Source: an uncultured Gammaproteobacteria bacterium
GTDB taxonomy: Bacteria > Pseudomonadota > Gammaproteobacteria > JACCXJ01
Reading direction: 5' to 3'
Assembly (NCBI GenBank): GCA_963764725.1
Contig: CAVXTM010000018.1
Span: 1 to 64,000, forward strand
DNA length: 64,000 nt
Positions 10,163 through 20,128 of this stretch are shown here, in pieces; position 1 is the stretch's first letter; the number at the start of each line of letters is the position of its first letter. The notes under the pieces are model-generated. The model was not told the DNA's origin, did no database searches, and saw only the letters and a program-made list of their open reading frames with translations. A program made the position numbers and the translations under genes.

Positions 10163-10295
10163 AGCTACCTCCGCTCTCTGAACCTCTGTCTAACAAATAA
10201 GCATTAACTGTCGTGCGCTGTCCGGCCTGACGGACAAATGTCTGATGGACTAAACCGCGATCACACGGGCGTTGTTAAGCTGGAGTCACGGACGG

Positions 10296-10436
10296 GTAGG
10301 ACGACGGATGCATCAGGCGGTGCGCTAAGGCCCCGTCGTTCGTAAATAGCAGCAGGCCGCTCGAATTGAGATCCAAGCGGCCGATGCTGATCCAATGCCC
10401 GGCTTCGGGCAGGCGCTCGAATACCGTGGGACGGTC
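10296..10436 (-). pseudogene. rluB: Internally deleted second copy of rluB
   Basis: 10303-10436 matches 5693-5826 (about 6 mismatches). 10296-10306 matches 5526-5536, joined through a GACG microhomology. Confidence 0.9.
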
Positions 10437-10438
10437 GA

Positions 10439-11029
10439 TCATTTCACCGTTTCTGGCTCTAATTCCACCTCGATTGTGAGTGCCAACTGTGGCTGGTCAG
10501 CGCCGGTAGGCTCGCTAAGTAGGGGTAATTCCGAGAGGTGCCTGAGATTGAAGTACTCTAGAAACTGCGGGGTAGTGGCGTAAACGGCGGGCCGCCCTGG
10601 GACATCGCGATGGCCCGCCAAGCGCACCCATTGCCGTTCGAGCAAGGTCTTCAGGATCCCGGTGCTGACCGCGACCCCGCGCAGCGCCTCGATCTCCCCG
10701 CGCGTGATCGGTTGCCGGTAGGCGATGATCGCCAGCGTTTCGAGAAGAGCGCGGGAATAACGCGGCGGACGCTCTTCCCACAGCCGATTGATCCAGGTCG
10801 ATAAGTTCGCGCGCGTCTGAACCCGGTACCCACGCGCCACCCGGACTATCTCGATGCCGCGCCCGGCATAGTCCTCCGCGAGCGCGGCGAGCGAGCGCTC
10901 GATATCGTCCCGAAGGGAATCGGGCGGGCCGTCCGGCGCGAACAGCGCCATCAGCCGCTCAACCGTCAGCGGCTGATCGGAAGCCATCAGAGCCGCCTCG
11001 ACGATGTCCTTGATCACCGTAGCGTTCAC
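10439..11029 (-). CDS. scpB: SMC-Scp complex subunit ScpB
   Basis: [53 protein letters not shown]. Confidence 0.95.
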   Translation of the reverse strand: MNATVIKDIVEAALMASDQPLTVERLMALFAPDGPPDSLRDDIERSLAALAEDYAGRGIEIVRVARGYRVQTRANLSTWINRLWEERPPRYSRALLETLAIIAYRQPITRGEIEALRGVAVSTGILKTLLERQWVRLAGHRDVPGRPAVYATTPQFLEYFNLRHLSELPLLSEPTGADQPQLALTIEVELEPETVK

Positions 11030-11033
11030 AGAG

Positions 11034-11873
11034 TTACGCCGCGGCTTTGACGTAGACCGGAGCCAGCGGCTCCGATTGAACGATATCGATCAGCGACTCT
11101 TTCATCAGCTCCAGGATGGCAAGAAACGTCACCACTGCCCCCATGCGTCCTTCCGCGCGAGAAAAAAGCAGGGTGAATTCCATGAACTCGCATCCCGCGA
11201 GCCGATCGAGCACGATCACCATGCGTTCGCGCACCGATAAGGGCTCGCGCTGAACATGGTGATGTGAGAATAATTGCGCCCGCGCCAGCACCTCAAAAAA
11301 GACCCTCCGCAGCGTGTCGAGTCCGACTGCAGGGGTACGCCGCAGCGTCTGGCGATCGGCGATTTCGGGGGAAACGAGGTGCAGATCGCGCTCCAAGCGG
11401 GGCAGCCCATCGAGGTCTTCGGCGGCGCGCTTATAGCGTTCATATTCTTGGAGACGCCGCATGAGATCGGCCCGTGGATCGGCGTCTTCTTCCTCGTTGG
11501 GCGCCGGCTTTGGCAGCAACATACGTGATTTAATCTCGGCCAAAACCGCCGCCATTACCAAGTACTCGGCTGCCAATTCCAGCTTCACCACCACCATGAG
11601 ATCGATGTAGCGCATGTATTGTTCCGTGATGGGCGCGATCGGGATATCCAGAATGTTAAGGTTCTGGCGTTTAATCAGATACAGCAGGAGATCGAGCGGG
11701 CCCTCGAAGGCTTCCAGAAAGACCTCTAAGGCATCCGGAGGAATATAAAGATCGGCCGGTACCGCGGTGACGGGCTGCCCGCGCACCATAGCGATCGGGG
11801 CGTCTCGCGCGCCGCGAAGCGCGATGTCGCTCGCGGTCTCCGCGCTCGAATCGGGCGCCATCATGCGGTTCAC
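11034..11873 (-). CDS. scpA: Segregation and condensation protein ScpA
   Basis: FEGPLDLLLYLI, AAEYLVMAA.LAEIKSRMLLP, VVTFLAILEL. Confidence 0.95.
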   Translation of the reverse strand: MNRMMAPDSSAETASDIALRGARDAPIAMVRGQPVTAVPADLYIPPDALEVFLEAFEGPLDLLLYLIKRQNLNILDIPIAPITEQYMRYIDLMVVVKLELAAEYLVMAAVLAEIKSRMLLPKPAPNEEEDADPRADLMRRLQEYERYKRAAEDLDGLPRLERDLHLVSPEIADRQTLRRTPAVGLDTLRRVFFEVLARAQLFSHHHVQREPLSVRERMVIVLDRLAGCEFMEFTLLFSRAEGRMGAVVTFLAILELMKESLIDIVQSEPLAPVYVKAAA

Positions 11874-11879
11874 AGACGA

Positions 11880-13091
11880 TTAACGGTACACCACGGCCAT
11901 CGCCTCGCGCACCTCTTCGATGGTGTCACGCGCAACATCGCGTGCCGTCTCGCAACCTTCGGCGACGATGGCTCGCACCGCATCGGGGTCCTTGGCATAC
12001 TCCTCGGCGCGTTGCCGGATCGGCGTGAGCTCCGCGAGTATGGTATCAATCACCGGTTGCTTGCACTCCAGGCAGCCGATCCCGGCGTTACGGCATCCCT
12101 CCTGGACCCAGGCCTTGACCTCATCGCCCGAGTAGACGGAGTGAAACTGCCACACCGGGCACTTGTCGGGATCACCGGGGTCTTGCCTACGCACCCGCGC
12201 CGGATCGGTGCGCATGGTCTTGAGCTTTTGCACGATGGAATCCGGGGCTTCGCGCAGTCCAATGGTATTTCCGTAGGACTTGGACATTTTCTCCCCATCG
12301 AGGCCCGGCATTTTGGATTCAGGGGCGAGCAGCGCTTGCGGCTCGGGTAATATCACCCGGCCGCTGCCCTCAAGATAACCCAACAAGCGCTCGCGATCAC
12401 CGAGCGCGATGTTATGTTGCGATTCCAGGTAGGCCCGAGCCGTGGCCAGTGCCTCGTTATCTCCCCGCTCTTGAAAACGCTTGCGCAGATCGAAGTACAG
12501 CTTGGCGCCCTTCTTACCCATCTTGCGCGCGGCTTCCTCCACTTTTTCCTTGAAATCCGGCTCCCGTCCGTAGAGATAGTTGAACCGGCGTGCCACCTCG
12601 CGCGCAAATTCAATATGGGCCACTTGATCCTCACCGACGGGAACATGGCCCGCTTTATAGATTAATATGTCGGCGGTTTGCAGCAACGGATAGCCGAGAA
12701 ACCCGAAGGTGGCGAGGTCCTTGTCCTTGAGTTTCTCTTGCTGGTCTTTATACGTGGGGATGCGTTCGAGCCAACCGAGAGGCGTAATCATAGACAGCAG
12801 CAGACTCAACTCCGCGTGCTCGGGCACCCGGGACTGGACGAACAGCGTCGCCTCCCCCGGATTGATGCCTACGGCGAGCCAATCGATTACCAGATCCCAG
12901 ACCGAATCCGCGATGCCGCTCGGGTTCTCATACTCGGTCGTCAGCGCATGCCAGTCAGCGACGAAAAAGAAGCATTCGTATTGGTGCTGTAACTCGATCC
13001 AGTTCTTCAAGACACCGTGATAATGCCCAAGGTGCAGCATCCCGGTCGGGCGCATCCCCGACAAGACACGGCGGTTCAGGCTAGGGCTCAC
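11880..13091 (-). CDS. trpS: Tryptophan--tRNA ligase
   Basis: SGMRPTG.LHLGH, VPVGEDQ, KMSKS. Confidence 0.97.
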   Translation of the reverse strand: MSPSLNRRVLSGMRPTGMLHLGHYHGVLKNWIELQHQYECFFFVADWHALTTEYENPSGIADSVWDLVIDWLAVGINPGEATLFVQSRVPEHAELSLLLSMITPLGWLERIPTYKDQQEKLKDKDLATFGFLGYPLLQTADILIYKAGHVPVGEDQVAHIEFAREVARRFNYLYGREPDFKEKVEEAARKMGKKGAKLYFDLRKRFQERGDNEALATARAYLESQHNIALGDRERLLGYLEGSGRVILPEPQALLAPESKMPGLDGEKMSKSYGNTIGLREAPDSIVQKLKTMRTDPARVRRQDPGDPDKCPVWQFHSVYSGDEVKAWVQEGCRNAGIGCLECKQPVIDTILAELTPIRQRAEEYAKDPDAVRAIVAEGCETARDVARDTIEEVREAMAVVYR

Positions 13092-13141
13092 GGACAGCCT
13101 CTTTGGATGGGGCGATCCTGCATCAGGTACTTAGAGATCGC

Positions 13142-13270
13142 GACAGGCGGCCCCGCCGGGGCGAGTCCCAAGGATGGGGCAAGCAACCCGAGTGTATATT
13201 GAAATAAATGAGGATTCCGAGCACCGCCGGAACGCGAGATCCCAAGCGCAGCAGATTTTTTCACGAGCTG
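13142..13270. repeat. Degenerate palindromic MITE-like element (RPE-like)
   Basis: The core CCGAGTGTATATTGAAATAAATGAGGATTCCGAGCACCG and the end TTTTTCACGAGCTGTC resemble palindromic intergenic MITEs; the left end looks truncated. Confidence 0.4.
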
Positions 13271-13432
13271 TCAGCGGAAATCCACGGATGCATCCCCCTT
13301 TGGTCGTCGTCAACCACTCATTCAACCCCGCGAAACCGACTACTCACGCTATTGTTTCACGGATCCGACATCGGCGAATAGAGTCGTCGGGGAGTTTCCA
13401 TTATCATTGTGCGAACTCATTTCGCACCTATT

Positions 13433-13993
13433 ATGAAACTCCTCTTTGATCTATTCCCCGTCATCGTGTTTTTCACGGCCTTCAAGCTGGCCGATGATCC
13501 TCACCAAGGGGTTTTGATCGCGACCGCGGCCGCCATCGTGGCCACGCTCATTCAGGTGCTCTATGCCTGGATTAAGCACCGCCGCGTGGAGCCCATGCTG
13601 CTGGTCACGCTCGCGCTGATCGTGATCCTCGGCGGCGCCACCCTGCTCTTACAAGACGAACGCTTTATTAAATGGAAGCCGACGGCGGTCAACTGGTTGT
13701 TCGCGATGGCTTTTCTAGGCAGCGAGTTTATAGGTAGCAAGAACCTGACGCGGCGCATAATGGCGGGGCATATGAATCTACCCGAGGCCGTCTGGACGCG
13801 CGTCAATTTGAGCTGGGTGATGTTCTTTTTAGCCTTAGGCACCGCCAACCTCTATGTGGCCTTCAACTTCGCCACCGAAGTCTGGGTCAACTTTAAGCTT
13901 TTCGGTATGTTAGGTCTCACCTTGGTTTTTGTATGCCTGCAAGCCCTGTACCTCGCGCGCCAAACGGATTCCTTACACGGTAAGGAGCGCTAG
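13433..13993 (+). CDS. yciB: Inner membrane protein YciB (septation protein A/IspZ)
   Basis: [19 protein letters not shown]...[15 protein letters not shown]. Confidence 0.95.
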   Translation: MKLLFDLFPVIVFFTAFKLADDPHQGVLIATAAAIVATLIQVLYAWIKHRRVEPMLLVTLALIVILGGATLLLQDERFIKWKPTAVNWLFAMAFLGSEFIGSKNLTRRIMAGHMNLPEAVWTRVNLSWVMFFLALGTANLYVAFNFATEVWVNFKLFGMLGLTLVFVCLQALYLARQTDSLHGKER

Positions 13994-13995
13994 CA

Positions 13996-14295
13996 GTGTA
14001 TTACGCCATCATCGGTGAGGATGCAAAAGATAGTCTCGACAAACGTGCTAGCGCTCGCGCGGCGCACATCGCGCGCTTGCGGGTATTGCTGGATCAAGGG
14101 CGTGTCCTCATCGCCGGCCCGCACCCGGCGATCGATAGCGAGGATCCCGGTCCAGCCGGGTTTACCGGCAGCTTGATCGTGGCGGAATTTGACTCGCTCG
14201 AAGAAGCGGAGACCTGGGCTCAACAGGACCCCTATGTGGCCGCGGGGGTCTACCAGCACGTCACGGTAAAACCCTTCAAGAAGGTTTTCCCGTAA
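13996..14295 (+). CDS. yciI: YciI family protein
   Basis: R.AHIARL...GR.LIAGP...[14 protein letters not shown]. Confidence 0.93.
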   Translation: MYYAIIGEDAKDSLDKRASARAAHIARLRVLLDQGRVLIAGPHPAIDSEDPGPAGFTGSLIVAEFDSLEEAETWAQQDPYVAAGVYQHVTVKPFKKVFP

Positions 14296-14583
14296 GTGTC
14301 TCATCTCGATCGGATCACGCGCGTGCGCCAGTGTCTGGACGCCGCACTCGATCCCGTGCGGCTTGATATCGACGACGAGTCCGCGCATCATCTCGGGCAT
14401 CCGGGCGCGGCGAGCGGTGGCAGTCACTATACGGTCACGATCGTCTCGGAGCGGTTCCGGGGCCTCGCGCCCATCGCCCGCCACCGTGCCGTTTACGCTG
14501 CCCTGGGTGGCCTCGTCGGCACCGACATCCACGCCATCACCATCAAGGCATTGACCCCGGATGAAGAGCGAACCAGCGGCTAG
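14296..14583 (+). CDS. bolA: BolA family protein
   Basis: DESAHH.GH, SHY...VSERF.G...RHRAVY..L...IHA. Confidence 0.9.
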   Translation: MSHLDRITRVRQCLDAALDPVRLDIDDESAHHLGHPGAASGGSHYTVTIVSERFRGLAPIARHRAVYAALGGLVGTDIHAITIKALTPDEERTSG

Positions 14584-15409
14584 CGGGCTGCTTGACGCGG
14601 GGTTCGACGCAAACCCGGCCACCGCCAGCCTCGCCTGGCGTTCACGCGACGACCGCTCGTTCCTCTATCATGGCGATCGCTCGGAGATGATGACGGAAAT
14701 TCCGGATGACAGCATCGATTGCATCTGGACCGATCCACCCTATTTTCTCTCGAATGGCGGAACTACTTGCGTGGCCGGCAAACGCGTGCGGGTGGACAAG
14801 GGCGCTTGGGATCGCAGCCAAGGACTCACGGTAGACCACGATTTTAACCGTAGCTGGTTGCGCGATTGCTACCGCGTCTTGAAGCCCACTGGCACGATCT
14901 GGGTCAGTGGTACGCTGCACGTCTACCTCTCGGTCGGCATGGCCCTGCTCGAAGAAGGATTTCGGATCCTCAATGATATCGTGTGGGAAAAACCCAATCC
15001 TCCGCCGAATCTCGGTCGCCGTTGCTTCACGCACGCCACCGAGATCGTGCTCTGGGCCACCAAGGCCACCAAAGGGAGCCGAGATCGCTACACGTTCAAT
15101 TACGACGCGATGCGTACAGAAAATGGCGGCCGGCAGATGAAAAACGTCTGGCGCATCCGCGCGGTCGGCCGAGCCGAAAAAGTGCATGGCAAACACCCTA
15201 CCCAGAAACCGGTTGCGCTCATCGATCGCTGCCTCAGGGCCAGCACTCTGCCGGGCGACCGGGTATTGGACCCTTTCGCCGGAAGCGCATCGGCCGGGAT
15301 CGCGGCATTGCAGCGCGGACGGACGTTCACTGGCTGCGAGCGCGACCGCGGATTTATCGACATCGCGGTGCGGCGCTTAACGGTGGCCGACGCCGCCCTC
15401 CCCTGGTAA
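14561..15409 (+). CDS. Beta-class N6-adenine DNA methyltransferase (DpnA/M2.DpnII-like), orphan
   Basis: DPPYFLSNGG...VDKG.WD, HPTQKP, VLDPFAGS; motif IV precedes motif I (beta order). Confidence 0.88.
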   Translation: MKSEPAASGLLDAGFDANPATASLAWRSRDDRSFLYHGDRSEMMTEIPDDSIDCIWTDPPYFLSNGGTTCVAGKRVRVDKGAWDRSQGLTVDHDFNRSWLRDCYRVLKPTGTIWVSGTLHVYLSVGMALLEEGFRILNDIVWEKPNPPPNLGRRCFTHATEIVLWATKATKGSRDRYTFNYDAMRTENGGRQMKNVWRIRAVGRAEKVHGKHPTQKPVALIDRCLRASTLPGDRVLDPFAGSASAGIAALQRGRTFTGCERDRGFIDIAVRRLTVADAALPW

Positions 15410-15418
15410 GCCCACGCC

Positions 15419-16552
15419 GTGGACGCTACCGTAAAGCTCGCGATGGAGCTCATCGCGCGGCGCTCGATCACCCCCGAGGATAGCGGTTGCCAAGCGCTGA
15501 TCGCCGAGCGGCTCGCGCACTTGGGTTTTCACATCGAACCCATGGTTTTTGGTGAGGTCGCAAACCTCTGGGCCCGCCGCGGCGCGGTGCGGCCGCTCGT
15601 GGTGTTCGCGGGTCACACCGACGTCGTGCCCCCCGGTCCACCGTCGGCTTGGCATAGCGATCCGTTTCAGCCCGAGATCCGCGATGAATTCTTATACGGC
15701 CGAGGCGCGGCCGACATGAAGGGGGGCCTCGCGGCCATGGTCACGGCCACGGAACGCTTTCTGTCCAGCCACCGCGATCACCGGGGATCGTTGGCGTTTC
15801 TCCTCACCAGCGACGAGGAAGGCCCCGCGATCGACGGCACCGCGAAAGTAGTGGAAACCCTGCGAGCGCGCGGCGAGACCATCGACTGGTGTGTGATCGG
15901 GGAACCGGCCAGCGAGGAACGCATCGGCGATGTGGTAAAAATCGGCCGCCGCGGCTCGCTTAGCGCCAAGCTGCGGATCCACGGGGTACAGGGCCATGTG
16001 GCCTACCCGGATAGAGTCGTCAATCCCGTCCATTCGGCCTTACCCGTACTCTCGGAGCTTTTCAATACACGCTGGGACCCAGGCAATGAGCACTTCCCGC
16101 CCACCACGTTTCAAATCACTAATGTCCACGCCGGGACGGGTGTCGACAACATCGTCCCCGCTTACATCGAGATCGCATTCAACCTGCGCTTCTCGAACCA
16201 CTGGAGCGCGGTGACGCTGCAACAACGCGTACTCCAAATTTTAAACCGCTATGAGCTTCGTCACGATTGCGACTGGCGTATCGCGGGTGAACCGTTTCTG
16301 GCTAAACACGGGAAACTGCTCGACGCCGTACTAAGCGCTGGGCGGGAAGTGACGGGATACCAGGCCGCGCTCTCGACCAGCGGCGGGACCTCGGACGGGC
16401 GTTTCATCGCGCCCGGCGGGACCGAGATCGTAGAGCTGGGGCCGATCAATGCCACCATTCACAAGGTCAACGAAAGGGTCGCCGTAGCCAATCTGTCGAC
16501 ACTCTCGGCGATCTATGAGCGCGTGTTGCAGCGGCTGTTATCTGAAGAGTAG
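15419..16552 (+). CDS. dapE: Succinyl-diaminopimelate desuccinylase
   Basis: FAGHTDVVP, GRGAADMKG, TSDEEG, GRRGSL, GGTSDGRF, TIHKVNE. Confidence 0.96.
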   Translation: MDATVKLAMELIARRSITPEDSGCQALIAERLAHLGFHIEPMVFGEVANLWARRGAVRPLVVFAGHTDVVPPGPPSAWHSDPFQPEIRDEFLYGRGAADMKGGLAAMVTATERFLSSHRDHRGSLAFLLTSDEEGPAIDGTAKVVETLRARGETIDWCVIGEPASEERIGDVVKIGRRGSLSAKLRIHGVQGHVAYPDRVVNPVHSALPVLSELFNTRWDPGNEHFPPTTFQITNVHAGTGVDNIVPAYIEIAFNLRFSNHWSAVTLQQRVLQILNRYELRHDCDWRIAGEPFLAKHGKLLDAVLSAGREVTGYQAALSTSGGTSDGRFIAPGGTEIVELGPINATIHKVNERVAVANLSTLSAIYERVLQRLLSEE

Positions 16553-16587
16553 ATCGCGCCCTGGGTTCCGGTTTACCATGACGGATC

Positions 16588-16857
16588 ATGACTCGCCGAC
16601 TCCCTTTTGAAGAGCTATTCAGTCAGGTCGGGCGTTTCGTGCCTAGCGGCGCGGCGACCTTGGGTGCGGACGTAAAGAAAAACCTGCGCGCGCTGCTCAG
16701 CACGGCCCTGACGCGCATGGATCTAGTCTCGCGCGAGGAGTTCGATGTCCAATCCGCGCTTCTGGTGCGAACCCGCACCCGGCTCGCGGCCTTGGAAAGG
16801 CAAGTAACGGCCCTGGAGGCGGAGTTAAACCACCGTCAACCGCCTCCGGCTCCGTGA
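16588..16857 (+). CDS. ubiK: Ubiquinone biosynthesis accessory factor UbiK (BMFP family)
   Basis: DLVSREEFDVQ..LL.RTR.RL..LE; usual position upstream of comM. Confidence 0.88.
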   Translation: MTRRLPFEELFSQVGRFVPSGAATLGADVKKNLRALLSTALTRMDLVSREEFDVQSALLVRTRTRLAALERQVTALEAELNHRQPPPAP

Positions 16858-16932
16858 ATCAACTCAAGGAGAGAGGTACTCAGGCCGAGCTTAGATAGAC
16901 CGCCGTCTAGGGGCGCGCAAGCTAGGGACAGC

Positions 16933-18441
16933 ATGTCGATCGCCAAAGTATTCAGTCGTGCCCAAATCGGCGTCAATGCGCCGCTCGTAACCATCGAGGT
17001 GCATCTGTCGAGCGGTCTGCCGAGCATTTCCATCGTCGGCCTTCCCGAAACCGAGGTCAAAGAAAGCCGGGACCGCGTCCGCAGCGCGATTATCAATTCC
17101 CGCTTCGAGTTCCCGATCCGGCGGATCACGATCAATCTCGCGCCGGCCGATCTTCCAAAAGAAGGTGGCCGCTTCGATCTGCCGATCGCGCTCGGCGTGC
17201 TCGCCGCCTCGCAACAGGTCCCCGCGCCCGCGTTAGAAACCATCGAGTTTGTCGGCGAGCTCGCATTAACCGGCGAGCTACGGGCGATCCGCGGCGTCCT
17301 GCCCTGCGCCCTGCAGGCGCAACGGGCCGGGCATGCTCTCGTGGTTCCTCACGACAACGCGAACGAAGCGGCCTTGGTCAACGGCTTGTCGGTGTTTCCG
17401 GCGCGGCATTTATTGGAGGTCTGCGCCCATATCAATCGTACCCAGCTCCTCCTGGCCTACAGCCTGCCAGGGAACCCGAGTGAAGATTACAACGGCGTCG
17501 ATTTTTCGGAGGTCCGTTCTCAACATCACGCTAAACGCGCCTTGGAGATCGCCGCCGCGGGCGGGCATAACCTATTGATGGTCGGACCACCGGGGACCGG
17601 CAAGAGTATGCTCGCCCGGCGTCTGCCGAGCATTTTGCCGCCGATGACCGAAGCGGAGGCGCTCGAATCGGCGGCGGTGGTCTCTGTAAGCCATCACGGC
17701 TTTCAAACGAGCGCGTGGCGGCAGCGGCCGTTTCGCGCGCCTCACCACACGGCCTCGGGCGTGGCGCTGGTGGGCGGCGGTAGCCATCCGCGGCCGGGCG
17801 AGATCTCCTTGGCCCATCACGGTGTGCTATTCCTCGACGAGCTACCTGAATTCGACCGCCGCGTGCTGGAAGTCCTGCGCGAGCCGATCGAGGCGGGCGT
17901 GATTACCGTATCGCGGGCCGCGCAACAAGCCGATTTCCCCGCCCGCTTTCAATTGATCGCGGCGATGAACCCTTGTCCGTGCGGTTATTTAGGTGACCGG
18001 GCCGGCCGCTGCCACTGTACGTCAGAACAGGTTAAACGCTACCGCGCCAGGATTTCCGGCCCGCTCTTGGACCGCATCGACATGACCATCGAGGTCCCAA
18101 ACGTACCGCACGAGGTACTCCTCGACCACCGCAGCCATGCCGAGACCAGCGCCAGCATCCGCGAGCGTGTATGCGCCGCGCGCGCCCGCCAAGTCGAGCG
18201 CAGCGGCAAGCCCAATAGCCAGTTGACTAACAAAGAGATCAATCGTTATTGCCGGCTCATCGAGACCGACACCCGCCTACTCGGGTCCGCCATCGACCGC
18301 TTGGGGTTTTCCGCGCGCTCCGCGCATCGGATCCTCAAGGTCGCTCGCACGATTGCGGATCTCGAACCCCGAGATGATATACAAGCAACGCACTTGACCG
18401 AGGCGATCTCCTATCGCCGGTTAGAGCGCCCCGCGCGTTGA
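16933..18441 (+). CDS. comM: YifB/ComM Mg-chelatase-like AAA+ ATPase
   Basis: VGLPE..VKESRDRVRSA, GPPGTGKS, PGEISLAHHGVLFLDELPEF, SGPLLDRID; intact. Confidence 0.95.
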   Translation: MSIAKVFSRAQIGVNAPLVTIEVHLSSGLPSISIVGLPETEVKESRDRVRSAIINSRFEFPIRRITINLAPADLPKEGGRFDLPIALGVLAASQQVPAPALETIEFVGELALTGELRAIRGVLPCALQAQRAGHALVVPHDNANEAALVNGLSVFPARHLLEVCAHINRTQLLLAYSLPGNPSEDYNGVDFSEVRSQHHAKRALEIAAAGGHNLLMVGPPGTGKSMLARRLPSILPPMTEAEALESAAVVSVSHHGFQTSAWRQRPFRAPHHTASGVALVGGGSHPRPGEISLAHHGVLFLDELPEFDRRVLEVLREPIEAGVITVSRAAQQADFPARFQLIAAMNPCPCGYLGDRAGRCHCTSEQVKRYRARISGPLLDRIDMTIEVPNVPHEVLLDHRSHAETSASIRERVCAARARQVERSGKPNSQLTNKEINRYCRLIETDTRLLGSAIDRLGFSARSAHRILKVARTIADLEPRDDIQATHLTEAISYRRLERPAR

Positions 18442-18543
18442 CAGCACCCCGGGGTTACCTCGGCAAGGCTCATCAGGTAGGAAGCGAGACTCAGCAACTC
18501 CTTGCAGGCGTCGCTTGACGGTTGTTACTGTGCGACCGGGCTA

Positions 18544-18915
18544 TCACTGAGCGCGGCGTTGCATCTGCTCCTCATACATTCTGTCTAACTCGTTTTGAGT
18601 GTTATCCACTTCATTGTCGGGGTTCGTGCCCTCCCGCTCTTGGTCCTCGCGGTGCTCACTCGATTTCCGTTCCGCTCGGCGGGTGACCGGTACTGTTAGA
18701 CTCGTTTTCCGGCTTTCTGTCGGCGCGGTCCGCGCTTCTCGATGTACTTCCCGGCCTGTCGCATCCGAGGAGCCTTCCTGGTCCATCTTTCTCGCGATCT
18801 TCTGACCGAGGTTTTGCATGTCCGTCCCGAAACCCTTTACTGTATTGCAGGCCGAGAGGTTAACGGTGCAGAGCGTCACTGCGAAGCATAGCGCCCCCCT
18901 TCTTGCGTTCCACAT
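18544..18915 (-). CDS. Entericidin A/B-like lipoprotein with a long charged C-terminal tail
   Basis: Lipobox LSAC followed by NTVKGFGTDMQNLGQKI (entericidin pattern). Confidence 0.7.
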   Translation of the reverse strand: MWNARRGALCFAVTLCTVNLSACNTVKGFGTDMQNLGQKIARKMDQEGSSDATGREVHREARTAPTESRKTSLTVPVTRRAERKSSEHREDQEREGTNPDNEVDNTQNELDRMYEEQMQRRAQ

Positions 18916-19105
18916 ACTTTGCGGACTCCTACCCTTCGATTGCGTGCGATGTGCGGCCGTAGAATAGGCATTATATATGCCATTGGCTGCGCCCACGGCA
19001 ACATCGGTCGGCCGCATTGAGAGATTCAAAATCACGAAGTGGATCGCCTTGCTGGCACCGGGCGTTCACAAGAATTCGAACGACGATATGTCGTTTAGAG
19101 TTCGG

Positions 19106-19690
19106 TCAGAGCCGCAGCAGCCAGTATGTCCGTTCTGGATACGAGGTGTCGTGCACGGATAATTCTTGAAACCCAAGTTTAGTAAAAAGAGCCCTCATGC
19201 CGCCGGCTATAATGTCGGTACGGCCAATGCGATAGGCGAATCCTTGTGCACGCAATCCACTAATTAACGAAGCGGAAAGCTTATAGGCGATGCGCCGTCG
19301 TCGAAATCCAGGGTCCACACAGAGAGTATCTCCATAAAACACCCGCTTCCCTCCTTCGAACAAGTAATCAAGCGCTTTAGTGCCCGAGATCTGGTAGAGC
19401 GTGAGGTCTCGAGGATCGCCGCTCTCTTGAAATACTTCATAGCCTAAGATGTAACCGACAAGCTTGCTGGAGAGTTTAGTCTTAGCGACAAAGGCCAAGG
19501 CATTACACCGCATCAGATCGACGCCTAAACCTAAGTGGAAGCGTGGCTTTTCAGCTCTATCGCTCCAAGGTGGTTCTCTGAATGAATGATAAGCGAGAGC
19601 TGCCATCTGCTCGACTAAAACCCCGGACTTATCCGCTCTCAACTCCTCTACCGAGATCGGCACAATCTCAACTTCTTCCGAATCCACCAT
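19106..19690 (-). CDS. GNAT family N-acetyltransferase
   Basis: F.EPPW, LVGYILGY, LCVDPGFRRRRIA, LFTKLGF; lower GC than the backbone. Confidence 0.8.
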   Translation of the reverse strand: MVDSEEVEIVPISVEELRADKSGVLVEQMAALAYHSFREPPWSDRAEKPRFHLGLGVDLMRCNALAFVAKTKLSSKLVGYILGYEVFQESGDPRDLTLYQISGTKALDYLFEGGKRVFYGDTLCVDPGFRRRRIAYKLSASLISGLRAQGFAYRIGRTDIIAGGMRALFTKLGFQELSVHDTSYPERTYWLLRL

Positions 19691-19809
19691 TCGTTGGCGT
19701 GATCACGGGCTAAATCGGGCGTTCAAACGTGTAGCAAAAGCAGCGTTTTCCGGCTAGGATCAACTTTGCGAGCGCCAGCGAATTAGAATTATGTTTGGAG
19801 CACCCGCCG

Positions 19810-19890
19810 ATGAAGTTCGATATGCCGCAGATCATAGCATTCATCGCATTGTGGATGGTGGTGGCGTTTATGATTTTTACGTTCTTCTAG
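19810..19890 (+). CDS. Putative 26-aa single-TM micro-protein
   Basis: GGAG RBS, then MKFDMPQIIAFIALWMVVAFMIFTFF*; below the ORF-track cutoff. Confidence 0.45.
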   Translation: MKFDMPQIIAFIALWMVVAFMIFTFF

Positions 19891-20128
19891 TCAATAGGTG
19901 ATGCCTCTGACGAGGAGACAGCAAGTAAGGCACATCGCACATAGTTTGTAGTGGCCTCGCACTATTCGGTGAGCGATGAGAAGCGTGGGGCGATCCACGA
20001 CGCCGAGGACGGGGGCCTGAGGAACAATCGACCGGACAATACATCAAATCAATTGATGCCCATGTTCTGCGGCAGGGAACGGAAATGACTCTCCCGTTTT
20101 TTTTCATAGCTTCACAGCAGGGGGAAAC

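Noticed and set aside
18445-18540. Minus-strand peptide ELLSLASYLM resembling a HEPN/TIGR02391 C-terminus
   Set aside because: Too short to support.
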